A DNA stretch of 56,024 bases, from positions 1-56,024 of the IMG/VR virus record IMGVR_UViG_3300013767_000202; one strand, written 5' to 3'. Shown here piece after piece: positions 46,091 to 55,749 of this stretch. The notes below the pieces were generated by a model. It was not told the DNA's origin and did not search any database. It saw only the letters and a program-made list of their open reading frames with translations. A program made the position numbers and the translations under genes. Positions within the stretch are counted from its first letter, which is position 1; each line of letters begins with the position of its first letter. Source of the DNA: a virus. Taxonomy: Duplodnaviria > Caudoviricetes.

Positions 46091-46594
46091 ATGAAAGCTG
46101 GGAACCTTCCCGCCAAGCCGCATCCGATGGAGATCATGAGCAACATCATGACCTTTGAGGCTGCTCGTTCTCTTGATTTGCTCAGGGTCATCGACGGTAC
46201 TGTTGAGGCACTTGTTTTTACTAGGCGCAATATCGAAGCGCTGTCCGAGGCGTGTGACAAGCTCCTGGTTCGGGCGGATACCGAAGCTCTTGCTGGCGAG
46301 AATCTGGAGAGCGAAGTGATTCCTTCACTTGAAAAGGTTCAAGACTCACTGCATCTGATGTGCTCCGTGCTTAGCCATAAACAAGCAGCGGCTCACGAGG
46401 CTCCGGAACTGGAGGCTGAAGATGGTGTGGCTGATGCTTACGACCAGGTCATTGAGGCTGCAACCACCCTCAACAGCAAGGTCGAGAACCTTCGTTGGGT
46501 GTTGCTGGAGCGGGGTGCGGATGCGGAAGGGGCTCACAAGCCTAAAATCATGCGCAATACTTCTGATATCGATAGCTTCCTCGACGACCTGTGA
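46091..46594 (+). CDS. Putative antitoxin
   Basis: Acidic helical protein ending ...TSDIDSFLDDL, GTGA-coupled to a RelE-like gene. Confidence 0.6.
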   Translation: MKAGNLPAKPHPMEIMSNIMTFEAARSLDLLRVIDGTVEALVFTRRNIEALSEACDKLLVRADTEALAGENLESEVIPSLEKVQDSLHLMCSVLSHKQAAAHEAPELEAEDGVADAYDQVIEAATTLNSKVENLRWVLLERGADAEGAHKPKIMRNTSDIDSFLDDL

Positions 46595-46881
46595 GGTTGC
46601 CAATAACCGACTTCGACCTCGGTAAATCATCTTTTCAGAATGATTATAGAAGCCTGCCTCCTGAGATAAAGGAGGCTTTCAAAGAACGCTACAAAATGCT
46701 CTTAGATGATCCGCAACCAAAGAAGCTGCGTCTTGAGAAGCTTTCAGGCTATAAAAAACCAGGCATCTACACCATCCACATTACGGCCAATCACAGCCAC
46801 AAGCTCAGCTTCGAGCTGGTCGGGTCCGTGGCTGTGTTACGTCGGATCGGTACGCATAAAGATATTGATCGAAAACCTTAG
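46591..46881 (+). CDS. RelE/YafQ-superfamily toxin
   Basis: 96 aa basic; F..DY..L, LRLEKLSG, VLRRIGTH. Confidence 0.75.
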   Translation: MRLPITDFDLGKSSFQNDYRSLPPEIKEAFKERYKMLLDDPQPKKLRLEKLSGYKKPGIYTIHITANHSHKLSFELVGSVAVLRRIGTHKDIDRKP

Positions 46882-46890
46882 GTTCAGCAC

Positions 46891-46919
46891 AAAAGCCCAG
46901 CCCACCCGCTGGGCTTTTT
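46891..46919 (+). terminator. Rho-independent terminator
   Basis: AAAAGCCCAGC-ccacc-cGCTGGGCTTTTT. Confidence 0.7.
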
Positions 46920-46972
46920 CGTTTCTGGTCACCTGGTGCTACAGTCCGCGCAAATCTCAACGAGGGAGCGAC

Positions 46973-47401
46973 ATGAAATTGCTCATAGGGGTGGCGGCCT
47001 TGGTTGCGCTGGCTGGGTGCTCGACATCTCAAGTGTCGGCGGACAAGGCCAAGCCTGTGCCGGCTGATAGAGTTTTGGCATTCTCGAAAAAGCCATCTGG
47101 ACCGCACGGCACGGTCATCGTCACGCGAGATACAGGATTTGTAGGTGGTGCGTGCTACGTAGGAGTGCTGGTCGATGGTAAGTTTTCAGCGCGCATCGAT
47201 ACTGGAGAGGTGGTTCGCTTGTACGTCCCTGCTGGAGAGCACTTAATTGGGCTGTCAGGCGATGAGCGCAGTGGAGGAACGTGCGGCTGGGGCAGTTTGA
47301 GAAAGGAACAATCAACAATTGTTCAGGACGGAAGCGTTAAAAAATTCAGGATAGGCGGTGACACCCAAGTCGGCCTTGATATCAGGCCAACATCCATGTG
47401 A
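46973..47401 (+). CDS. Lipoprotein moron
   Basis: MKLLIGVAALVALAGC lipobox; VTRDTGFVGGAC. Confidence 0.8.
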   Translation: MKLLIGVAALVALAGCSTSQVSADKAKPVPADRVLAFSKKPSGPHGTVIVTRDTGFVGGACYVGVLVDGKFSARIDTGEVVRLYVPAGEHLIGLSGDERSGGTCGWGSLRKEQSTIVQDGSVKKFRIGGDTQVGLDIRPTSM

Positions 47402-47460
47402 CCGCTAGATCAGGCATTCAGACCACCTTCGGGTGGTTTTTTATTATCTGGAGAAAAGTA

Positions 47461-48072
47461 ATGGCCGCACTCGCTATCGAATATCAGCCGATGACGACAA
47501 TCTTGTTGTATGGGCAACTCCGCCAGTTCGGGCGCTCTTTCCGACTTTCCGCCAGGTCGCCCGCCGAGGCGATTAAAGCACTTTGTGTCCAGATTCCTGG
47601 GTTTGAGCGATTCATCTCAAATGCAAAGTCGAGAGGTATCGAGTTCGCTATATTTCGCGGGAGCAAGAATCTCGAAGAAAAAGAGCTTAGCTACGGCGGA
47701 GCTGGAGATATTCGTATTGCTCCGGTCATCTGCGGGAGCAAGCGTGGCGGTGTACTTCAAACAGTCGTGGGCGTTGTTTTGCTTGCCGTAGGGGCGGTAT
47801 TGACTTATGCCTCTGGCGGCACAGCCACACCTTTTACTTCTGGAATGATGATGATGGGGGCCTCCCTTGCACTTGGCGGCGTAATCCAAATGCTCAGCCC
47901 CCAGGCGGGCGGGCTCAAGACCAGCGCCGCCCCCGAGAATACCCCCGGCTATGCCTTCGGCAGCGCTAAAAACACCACGGCATCCGGCAACCCGGTCCCG
48001 CTCTGCTATGGCGAGCGTCGCTGGGGCGGGGCAATCATCAGCGCCGCAATTTACGCCGAAGATCAGACGTGA
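47461..48072 (+). CDS. Tail assembly protein I
   Basis: SPAEAIKAL, IRIAPVI.GSK, GNPVPLCYG..GGAIISA. Confidence 0.9.
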   Translation: MAALAIEYQPMTTILLYGQLRQFGRSFRLSARSPAEAIKALCVQIPGFERFISNAKSRGIEFAIFRGSKNLEEKELSYGGAGDIRIAPVICGSKRGGVLQTVVGVVLLAVGAVLTYASGGTATPFTSGMMMMGASLALGGVIQMLSPQAGGLKTSAAPENTPGYAFGSAKNTTASGNPVPLCYGERRWGGAIISAAIYAEDQT

Positions 48073-48078
48073 AGCGAC

Positions 48079-48432
48079 TCAATCCGCCTTCGTAATAATC
48101 TCCTCACCCTGTTTATACGCCTGGGCCAATTTATCAACTGAGTAGGCTGGGTCCAGCAGGTAGCAGACCTTCTCTGTATTTAGTAGGCGCCAGGCTGAAA
48201 TATAAGTATTCGACTTTGCTTGCGCTTTCAGAAAAGTGAGTGCGGCAGTAGCAACTGCAACGCTGACACTCAGCAAAACGTTTTCTGGCACTTTTTGCGA
48301 GGCGACTACAACCGCTCCCACGGTTGCGTAAAGCCCAAGCAAATAATGTGTGATTGTCCAGCCAATAAAGCAGCCATACCAACCCCGCAGCATCCTGTTT
48401 ATTTCTGGTGGCACTTTCCTTTCTTCGCTCAT
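48079..48432 (-). CDS. Two-TM SLATT/DUF4231-like protein (moron)
   Basis: Two hydrophobic helices then Y.SAWRLL..E; antisense between I and J. Confidence 0.6.
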   Translation of the reverse strand: MSEERKVPPEINRMLRGWYGCFIGWTITHYLLGLYATVGAVVVASQKVPENVLLSVSVAVATAALTFLKAQAKSNTYISAWRLLNTEKVCYLLDPAYSVDKLAQAYKQGEEIITKAD

Positions 48433-48557
48433 TTTGCTTGCTCCGTCCGCTGGTGGGGTGGCCTGTTCTGTACCTGGCAGGCCGATCCTGATGAGTTAAA
48501 TGAAGTTGAAAACGCCAAAAATTCAACCCGAACCAACGTCAACAAGAGGTGACCTCT

Positions 48558-51500
48558 ATGGGAGCTGCTTGCTCAATCGATATTCACGGCGCCAAGGGCG
48601 GCTCCGAAAAGCCGAAGACCCCGACCGAGGCGCCGGATAGCCTGCGTTCGGTGGCCGTGGCCAAGATGCTGATCGCAATCGGCGAAGGCGAGTTCGCCGG
48701 AACTCCGACCGCACAGAACATCTTCCTCGACAACACGCCTCTGCAGGATCCGCAGGGCAACATGAACTTCCCGAACGTGAAATGGGAGTACCGCAGCGGC
48801 TCAGTCGAGCAGGGGTATATCCAGGGCATTCCATCGATCGAGAACGAGACCTCGCTCGGTGTCGAGTTGCGCAGCGGCACGCCCTGGGTGCGCGCTATCA
48901 ACAACACTGAACTATCGGCAGTGCGCTTACGCTTTGCCTGGCCAATGTTGCAATCCGTCGACCCCAAAAGCGGCGACATCAACGGTTACCGGATTGAATA
49001 CAAGGTCGAGGTGGCCACCGATGGCGGCGCGTATCAGCAGGTGCTGAGCGAGGCCGTCGATGGCAAGACCACCAGCACCTACGAGCGAACCCGACGCATC
49101 GATCTACCGGCGGCCACCAGCGGCTGGATGATCCGCGTGACCCGCGTCACGCCCAACCAGAACAACAACAAAATAGCCGACACCATGCAGATCGCCGGCT
49201 TCACTGAGGTGATCGACGCAAAGCTGCGGTACCCGAACACCGCACTGCTCTATATCGAGTTCTCGGCCGAGCAATTTCGCAACATCCCGGCAGTGACCAT
49301 TCGCTGCAAAGGCAGGAGGGTCCAGGTCCCGAGCAACTACGATCCGGACAGTCGGACCTATACAGGAATTTGGGACGGCACTTTCAAGCAGGCCTGGACC
49401 GATAACCCGGTCTGGATGACCTATGACATCACCGTCAACGACCGCTTCGGCCTTGGCCGCCGCATCAAGCCGTGGCAGGTCGATAAATGGGAGTTGTACC
49501 GGATCGCCCAGTACTGCGACCAGCTGGTGCCGGACGGGAAGGGCGGCCAGGAACCGCGCTTTATCTGCAACCTGAACCTGCAGGGCAAGGCCGACGCTTG
49601 GTCTCTGCTCCGCGACATCTCGACGATTTATCGAGGCATGACCTACTGGGCCCAGGGCCAGGTCTTCTCGCTTTCCGATATGCCGCGCGCCACCGACTTC
49701 GACTTTGCGTACACCCGGGCAAACGTCATCGATGGCAAGTTCACGTACACGAGCGCGTCGGAGCGCACTCGCTACAGTCGCGCGCTGATCAGCTACGACA
49801 ACCCGGCGAACAACTACGACACCGACGTCACCGCCGTGACCGATGCGAAGCTGCAGCGGCGCTATGGCGACAACCCGCTGGAGATCAGTGCGATCGGCTG
49901 TACTCGTGAGTCGGAGGCGCAGCGCCGCGGCAAGTGGGCGTTGCTGACGAACTCCAAGGATCGCGGGATTACCTTCAAGGTTGGCCTCGATGGGCGTATT
50001 CCACTGCCTGGCTACGTCATCCCGGTGGCGGACGAGCTGCTGGCCGGTCGCGCAATCGGAGGGCGCATCTCGGCGGTGTCAGGCCGGGTGATCACCCTGG
50101 ACCGCGACACCCAGGCCAAGGCCGGCGACCGGCTTATCCTCAACCTGCCCAACGGCAAGTGCGAAGGGCGCACCGTGCAACTGGTGAGCGGCCGGAAGGC
50201 CACCGTGACCACGGCCTACTCAATGGCGCCGGAGCCGCAACTGGTTTGGGCGCTGGATGCTGACGACCTGGCGGTGCCGCTGTATCGCGTGACGAGCGTG
50301 TCGCGGCCGGAGCCGGGCGTGTTTGAGATCTCGGCCGTGCAGTACGACCCCAGCAAGTTCGCGCATATCGACACCGGTGCCCGCCTGGAAGAGCGGCCAA
50401 TCAGCGTGATCCCGATCACCGTCGTACCGGCGCCGGCAAGCGTCTCCCTGACTGCAAACTCGGTGGTGTCCCAGGGCCTGGCCGTGGCCACGATGACCAT
50501 CAGTTGGTCCGCGGTGAATGGTGCAGTCGCCTATGACGTGGAATGGCGCAAGGACAGCGGCAACTGGATCAAGGTGCAGCGCACGGGCTCGACCAGCGTC
50601 GACGTGACTGGCATTTACGCCGGCGCCTATCTGGCCCGGGTGAGGGCGGTGAGCGCCTTCGACATTTCGTCGATCTGGAAGAGTTCGAACCTGACCCAGC
50701 TCAAGGGCAAGGAAGGCCTGCCGCCTGCGGTGTCGTACCTGACGCCAACGAGTCTCGTCTATGGCATCCGCCTTGACTGGGGCTTCCCTGCCGGCGCCGA
50801 GGACACCCAGCGCACAGAGATCTGGTACAGCAAGACCACGTCGCTTGCCGATGCGATCAAGCTCGGCGACTTCGCGTATCCGCAGGCCCGGCACGAAATG
50901 CAGGGCATCCTGGCCGGCGCGTCATTTTTCTTCTGGGCTCGACTCGTGGACCGCACCGGCAACGTCGGCCCCTGGTATCCGACGGGGATCGGCGTCAACG
51001 GTCAGGCCAGTTCTGACCAGGCCGAGTACGAGAAGTACTTCTCCGGCCAGATCGGCGAGTCCGCGCTCGGCAAGCATCTGGGCGATCGGATCAACTTGAT
51101 CGACGGCCCGGCTGACTTGCCGGGGTCAGTCAACAATCGCATCCAGGTCGTGTCGGGCGAGGTGTCGGCGATCAGCGAGAAGGTCGACGGTGTCTTTGCT
51201 CAAGTGAACCCGCCGATGGCGGGCTCCACCGAGGATCTGGCGGGCTCTACGGAAAGCTTCGTTGGTGTCTGGTCGCTGCAGTCGGCGGTGATTGATGGTG
51301 ATGTGGCCACCGGCAAGCGAGTTGACAACGTTCAGGTCCAGATGGGCCAGAACGCCGCCGCGATTCAAGAGGTCAGCCAGGCCCAAGTCGCGCTCGACGG
51401 TAAGGCCTCAACGATGTGGTCAGTGAAGATGCAGATCGATTCGGCGGGGCGCTACGTCGCTGCGGGCATCGGCCTCGGCATCGAGAACGGTCCGGCCGGC

Positions 51501-51839
51501 TTGCAGAGCCAGTTCCTTGTGAGCGCTGATCGCTTCGCAGTGGTGAATGGCATGGGGGGCGGGGCGCTCGCTGTGCCGTTTGTTGTCCAGGATGGTCAGG
51601 TTTTCATCAACCAAGCGTTTATCAATCAGGCCTTTATAAAAGAGCTGGTGCTCGGCATGACGTTGCGCTCTGCGGCGCTCAACTCGCAAGGGCTTCCACT
51701 GCTTGAGATCAACATTCCGGCGGGGACGTTCACCTTGCGCGGTCAGTCCAGCACCGGATACACGCTACTAAACAACAACGGGATCTACGTGTATGACCTG
51801 AACTACATCGAGCGCGCCGCACTCGGGAAGATGACGTAA
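48558..51839 (+). CDS. Host specificity/tail tip protein J
   Basis: GEGE, LRYPNTAL, WDGTFK.AWTDNP, EPRF.CN, FN3 region, FLVSADRFAV. Confidence 0.92.
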   Translation: MGAACSIDIHGAKGGSEKPKTPTEAPDSLRSVAVAKMLIAIGEGEFAGTPTAQNIFLDNTPLQDPQGNMNFPNVKWEYRSGSVEQGYIQGIPSIENETSLGVELRSGTPWVRAINNTELSAVRLRFAWPMLQSVDPKSGDINGYRIEYKVEVATDGGAYQQVLSEAVDGKTTSTYERTRRIDLPAATSGWMIRVTRVTPNQNNNKIADTMQIAGFTEVIDAKLRYPNTALLYIEFSAEQFRNIPAVTIRCKGRRVQVPSNYDPDSRTYTGIWDGTFKQAWTDNPVWMTYDITVNDRFGLGRRIKPWQVDKWELYRIAQYCDQLVPDGKGGQEPRFICNLNLQGKADAWSLLRDISTIYRGMTYWAQGQVFSLSDMPRATDFDFAYTRANVIDGKFTYTSASERTRYSRALISYDNPANNYDTDVTAVTDAKLQRRYGDNPLEISAIGCTRESEAQRRGKWALLTNSKDRGITFKVGLDGRIPLPGYVIPVADELLAGRAIGGRISAVSGRVITLDRDTQAKAGDRLILNLPNGKCEGRTVQLVSGRKATVTTAYSMAPEPQLVWALDADDLAVPLYRVTSVSRPEPGVFEISAVQYDPSKFAHIDTGARLEERPISVIPITVVPAPASVSLTANSVVSQGLAVATMTISWSAVNGAVAYDVEWRKDSGNWIKVQRTGSTSVDVTGIYAGAYLARVRAVSAFDISSIWKSSNLTQLKGKEGLPPAVSYLTPTSLVYGIRLDWGFPAGAEDTQRTEIWYSKTTSLADAIKLGDFAYPQARHEMQGILAGASFFFWARLVDRTGNVGPWYPTGIGVNGQASSDQAEYEKYFSGQIGESALGKHLGDRINLIDGPADLPGSVNNRIQVVSGEVSAISEKVDGVFAQVNPPMAGSTEDLAGSTESFVGVWSLQSAVIDGDVATGKRVDNVQVQMGQNAAAIQEVSQAQVALDGKASTMWSVKMQIDSAGRYVAAGIGLGIENGPAGLQSQFLVSADRFAVVNGMGGGALAVPFVVQDGQVFINQAFINQAFIKELVLGMTLRSAALNSQGLPLLEINIPAGTFTLRGQSSTGYTLLNNNGIYVYDLNYIERAALGKMT

Positions 51840-52135
51840 TGGACTATTACGGAGCAAGGACGAAAAACGCGGCAGGGGCGGTGACGCTCGACACATCAAC
51901 GATGACTGTTCGCTCGATAGTGACGAAACAAGTCACCGTGCCGCCCATCACCAGCGACTTCACCAGCTACATCAGCATGCCGGAAATAACCGCACAGTCT
52001 TTTGTGTGCGTGACTTTGCCTGACCCGACCAATGAAAACGCCATCCTACCTTCCGTGTTCTGGTCAGCGGGGCAGCTTAGGGTTCGGCGTGGGCAAGGGA
52101 TGGTGCTCAACGTTTTTATCCTGACCTACCGATAG
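51839..52135 (+). CDS. Tail-tip associated protein
   Basis: YGARTKNAAGAVTLD; coupled to J. Confidence 0.6.
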   Translation: MDYYGARTKNAAGAVTLDTSTMTVRSIVTKQVTVPPITSDFTSYISMPEITAQSFVCVTLPDPTNENAILPSVFWSAGQLRVRRGQGMVLNVFILTYR

Positions 52136-52144
52136 GAGTTGGGC

Positions 52145-52870
52145 ATGGACTATGGATTCAGATCGCGCAACGGTCAGAACTTCTTTCAGATCGACAGCGA
52201 TAACAGGGTGCTGAACGTTGCCGCTTCCGGTACCTACACGATTGGGAAGCCACCGACTGCACCGGTGACCATCACTCAGGCAATCATCACTTATCCGTCA
52301 CCGATAACTACCGCTGAAGCGCCGCATGTTTTCCTGAACCCCTACAATCAGGGCATGTATCACTCACTAGTGCAGATGGGCGGTCCTGGGAACTGGACGG
52401 GCTTCTATTTCAAGCTGCATCTAATGACACCTTTCAACAGCTCCGACTGCAGCGGCTGCTGGCTGGTCGCAACGTTTCGCTCGACATCTCCGCCCAGCGA
52501 ATACGACTTGCGGTTGCGCAATGCCGCTGGCGAGCAAATCTTCGTTGGGGCGGACAACCTGCTGGTCATGACAGGCCTGCCCGTTAACGAGGGCTGGTCT
52601 TGGGATAATCGAGGCGGCTCCGTTTCGGGCATCTATTGGAGCGGGTTCCAAATGCCCTGGACCGGTTCCTATGACGACTACTTTCTTGCTTCCACCCTGC
52701 TGGGTGGGAAGAACTACAACGGCAACACTGTTCGGGAAACGCCATGCGGGTTTCATGCAGGAGTGCGCAACACGCTGAATGGATATATGGGCGCGCTACA
52801 AGGAACTGAAGTGGGTGCCGACAAGAATGGTCGCACCACTTTTGCCGCCCGGCCTATGCGATCCCTGTAA
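52145..52870 (+). CDS. Tail-tip associated protein
   Basis: YGFRSRNG..FQIDS, Y.LRLRNAAGE.IF. Confidence 0.6.
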   Translation: MDYGFRSRNGQNFFQIDSDNRVLNVAASGTYTIGKPPTAPVTITQAIITYPSPITTAEAPHVFLNPYNQGMYHSLVQMGGPGNWTGFYFKLHLMTPFNSSDCSGCWLVATFRSTSPPSEYDLRLRNAAGEQIFVGADNLLVMTGLPVNEGWSWDNRGGSVSGIYWSGFQMPWTGSYDDYFLASTLLGGKNYNGNTVRETPCGFHAGVRNTLNGYMGALQGTEVGADKNGRTTFAARPMRSL

Positions 52871-52933
52871 CCGATCGACAGCACAACGACCCGCCACGGC
52901 GGGTTTTTTATTGACAAAAATTGGAGTAAACGC

Positions 52934-53407
52934 ATGAGTAAACAGACGATTCAGCTCGGGACTGCCCCTACAGGCGTGGGCGGTGATACACCGCGAAGCG
53001 CGTTTCAAAAGGCGCAGAGCAACTTTGATGAGTTGTATGCGCGGGACGCTCAGCTCGGTACTGCGGCAAACGCAAACATAGGCACCGCCGCAGGTAACGT
53101 CATGCCGGTCGGGGCCGGTGGTTGGCTAGGGGCTTCGGTAATAGACACCAGCGCCAACAACCAGCGAGCCACAGGTCTTTACAGTTTTTATAACTCGGCT
53201 GCTCTGCCGCACTCCCTTGTGCAGATGTTTAGCTCGGACTGGGGGCAAGACTCACGCAACCAATGTCAGCTAATTATGGGGGTGGCCACCAGTCGGCTGT
53301 GGTACAGAACTATTACTAAAGATCAGTTGGGATATTCCGCCCCCGTTGAGTTCTACAGCACAGGCAACACAACCCGCGCCGCTGACGGCACCCTGAAAGC
53401 GATCTGA
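52934..53407 (+). CDS. Short tail fibre-like protein
   Basis: I.LGTAPTG.GGDTPRSAF.K...NFDELY, GTAAGNVM.VGAGG, NTTRAADGTLKAI. Confidence 0.7.
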   Translation: MSKQTIQLGTAPTGVGGDTPRSAFQKAQSNFDELYARDAQLGTAANANIGTAAGNVMPVGAGGWLGASVIDTSANNQRATGLYSFYNSAALPHSLVQMFSSDWGQDSRNQCQLIMGVATSRLWYRTITKDQLGYSAPVEFYSTGNTTRAADGTLKAI

Positions 53408-53420
53408 AGGCGATCTGACC

Positions 53421-53777
53421 ATGGCAAGAGCAGCAATCAATATTCTGGGCGCCACGGGCGCTACTCACGACTTTGTGACCAATGGTGCCGGTGCGGTTGA
53501 ATCCTCGCGAGAATCCGTTGGCGTTTATCACATCACCGGATGCCTGGGCATGGTCCCGTTCCCGCCGGTTGATGATGGCTGGGGCTACACCGTAAATCAG
53601 GTGGATGGCCGGGCAGATGTCGAGACCGAGTTTGCCAATGACCTGCTGACCGTGACGGTCACCAGGGACGGCCAGCCTTACGATCTGAAGCACATGATTA
53701 CCTTGCATATCCTTGTACCGGATGCGCCGACAGTAGAGATGCCGGTGATGACCGACGCACCTGCCGCCGAAGTCTGA
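53421..53777 (+). CDS. Phage tail/fibre-associated protein
   Basis: 118 aa; GVY.ITG.LG, PYDLK. Confidence 0.6.
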   Translation: MARAAINILGATGATHDFVTNGAGAVESSRESVGVYHITGCLGMVPFPPVDDGWGYTVNQVDGRADVETEFANDLLTVTVTRDGQPYDLKHMITLHILVPDAPTVEMPVMTDAPAAEV

Positions 53778-53835
53778 CCCCCAATCGAATTTCGATACCC
53801 GCCATGTGCGGGTTTTTTTTGCCCGGAGAAAAGCA

Positions 53836-54345
53836 ATGGCAAGACTTTCCGAAGCCCGCGCTGGCAGCCGCAATGCGCTCGCCTTCCTTGACATGTTGGC
53901 CTGGTCAGAGGGCACCAGCACTTCGCCGGCCACTGCCATGGATGGATACGACGTGATCGTCACTGGCATCGACAAGAAACCAGAGGTGTTCAAAGACTTC
54001 ACGGATCACCCCTTTGCCAAGGGCCGGGCGTCCAAGGTGATCAACAGCAGGGGGCTGACTTCGAACGCGTCTGGCCGTTACCAGCAGATGTTGCGGGACT
54101 GGCCGCACTACCGCGCCCAGCTCCAACTGCCGGACTTCAGTCCAATCAGCCAGGATCTGCTGGCCCTGCAGCATATTCGTGAGTGCCGAACTCTGCCCGA
54201 TGTTCATGCCGGCCGGATCGAGACCGCCATTAACAAGTGCCGTAATATCTGGGCCAGCCTGCCGGGGGCAGGGTACGGCCAGCGTGAGCACCGACTCGAT
54301 GACCTGATCAAGCAGTACCGGTTGGCGGGCGGGGTGCTGTCGTGA
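53836..54345 (+). CDS. Endolysin (lambda R-like lytic transglycosylase, GH104)
   Basis: AFLDMLAWSEGT, ASGRYQ, DFSP.SQD, WASLPGAGYGQ. Confidence 0.92.
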   Translation: MARLSEARAGSRNALAFLDMLAWSEGTSTSPATAMDGYDVIVTGIDKKPEVFKDFTDHPFAKGRASKVINSRGLTSNASGRYQQMLRDWPHYRAQLQLPDFSPISQDLLALQHIRECRTLPDVHAGRIETAINKCRNIWASLPGAGYGQREHRLDDLIKQYRLAGGVLS

Positions 54346-54851
54346 GTTCGCTTGCTGGGAAGGCTATCGGTGCACTTCTGCTGATCCTGCTGGCGTCCGG
54401 CGCAACATGGAAGGTCCAGGACTGGCGCTACGGCCAGCAACTGGCAGAGCAGGCAAGGGCTCAGGGCGAGACGCTGAATGAACTGACCCTGGCTGCGGCA
54501 ACCCAGCAGCGCACCGAACAGGAAAAACGCCTTGCGCTCGAGCAGCGCCTGGCCGCCGCCGATAGAACCCATCACCAGGAGCTGAGCAATGCTCAAACCC
54601 ATCAAGCTCGCCTGCGCGACCGCCTTGCTACTGCTGACTTGCGGCTGTCAGTCCTCCTCGACGCCAAGGACGGCGTTGCCGGCTGCACAGTGCCTGCCGC
54701 CGCCACCGCCGGCGGCCTGGTTCATGGAGCCCCGCGCGCCCGACTTGACCCAGCGCATGCTCAACGAGTTATCGGAATCACCGGCGACGGCGACCAAGGA
54801 CTGATCGCACTGGCAGCATGCCAGGCGTATGTGCGAGAGATCGCTCGTTAA
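54342..54851 (+). CDS. i-spanin (Rz)
   Basis: N-terminal TM, coiled coil, LRLSV, GD.GLIAL.ACQAY. Confidence 0.85.
   Translation: MSSLAGKAIGALLLILLASGATWKVQDWRYGQQLAEQARAQGETLNELTLAAATQQRTEQEKRLALEQRLAAADRTHHQELSNAQTHQARLRDRLATADLRLSVLLDAKDGVAGCTVPAAATAGGLVHGAPRARLDPAHAQRVIGITGDGDQGLIALAACQAYVREIAR
54589..54804 (+). CDS. o-spanin (Rz1), embedded
   Basis: Lipobox LTCGC, Pro-rich PPPPPAAWFME, nested in Rz in another frame. Confidence 0.8.
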   Translation: MLKPIKLACATALLLLTCGCQSSSTPRTALPAAQCLPPPPPAAWFMEPRAPDLTQRMLNELSESPATATKD

Positions 54852-55128
54852 TCAGGATTGCGGCATCCCCTTCAGCCGCGCACAATTCGGAACATGTCAC
54901 CGACTGTCTGCCAGATCTCGCGGGGATTGTTTCGTTGCATATTATGCATGGAGAGCCGGCGCACCATTCGCACATCAGGCGGCCGCGGTAGGCTGGCTTA
55001 CTGATCGTGCGCGGATAGAGACCTTCGCGCGAGCAGCTGCACCTGCATACCAGCCGGCTTGATTCTGGGCGGTCCTCAATAACGGTCAGACTTCCGAACC
55101 GGAGACCTGTTCGATCAAATCTCTGCAT
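54778..55128 (-). CDS. Cys-rich putative DNA-binding protein (possibly truncated)
   Basis: DRTGLRFGSLTVI...CRCSC and CxxC motifs; 3' end overlaps Rz antisense. Confidence 0.45.
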   Translation of the reverse strand: MQRFDRTGLRFGSLTVIEDRPESSRLVCRCSCSREGLYPRTISKPAYRGRLMCEWCAGSPCIICNETIPARSGRQSVTCSELCAAEGDAAILINERSLAHTPGMLPVRSVLGRRRR

Positions 55129-55294
55129 GAAGAATTGCCCATGCAATGGCCTTCTTCTTGCTGCCGCCATGCACCTCAAGCAGGCGCTTCCAGGCCTCTG
55201 CAAGTTCTGGCTCTGTCTGTGGGTTGATCAGGGCCTGAATTTGAATCTGCGCAGCGCGGTAGCGGGCGGCAGCGTCCTTTTGTGCTTTGCTCAT
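55115..55294 (-). CDS. Small 59-aa putative regulator (candidate Aca), not in ORF track
   Basis: Hand translation MSKAQKDAAARYRAAQIQIQALINPQTEPELAEAWKRLLEVHGGSKKKAIAWAILHAEI; ATGA-coupled to the acr-like gene. Confidence 0.55.
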   Translation of the reverse strand: MSKAQKDAAARYRAAQIQIQALINPQTEPELAEAWKRLLEVHGGSKKKAIAWAILHAEI

Positions 55295-55725
55295 GCTTTC
55301 ACCAGCTCGCCTTCTCGGCCGAGCATGTCGATCATATAAGCAGTGCCTTGTTCATCGCTCACTGCCACGCCTCGATAGCCAAGGATTTTTGCGGCTCGAG
55401 CAGTATAGACCTGCGCATCCCATAGTTCGTCGCTGTCGCAGCTATCGAGTTGCTGGCGATCGCTGATAATTTCTTCGGCTGTGCCGGTATCGACATCGAA
55501 TCGCGCGCAGAACTTGGCAACTAGGTCGTCCAGTTTTTCGGCGTCCTCGTGGTAGAACAGATGGCCGGCAGCGATGATCGCGTTATCGTCAATCTCAGTG
55601 CGATAGACAACATGCTCGCCGGCAGTCATCACGTAAACGTTGGAAGAGAAGAAAAGGAACTCACCGAAGCGGCCGTGCTTGTCGATGCTGGTGATTTCTT
55701 CGGGGCTGGTGTGAAAGAGTTCCAT
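55291..55725 (-). CDS. acrIF11: AcrIF11-family anti-CRISPR-like ADP-ribosyltransferase
   Basis: MELFHTSPEEI...G.FG..LF and W..Q....A..LGY.GV...DEQGTAY match the recalled AcrIF11 pattern (MELFHGSYEEI...LGYTSVEMEDEHGT). Confidence 0.7.
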   Translation of the reverse strand: MELFHTSPEEITSIDKHGRFGEFLFFSSNVYVMTAGEHVVYRTEIDDNAIIAAGHLFYHEDAEKLDDLVAKFCARFDVDTGTAEEIISDRQQLDSCDSDELWDAQVYTARAAKILGYRGVAVSDEQGTAYMIDMLGREGELVKA

Positions 55726-55749
55726 GACGTTCTCCTTGGGTGTGGATGC

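Noticed and set aside
48558-53777. Tail tip or fibre genes as DGR targets
   Set aside because: No TR-like sequence seen at their 3' ends by eye.
27387-54851. Holin separated from endolysin/spanins as a novelty
   Set aside because: This split lysis arrangement is common in Pseudomonas prophages.
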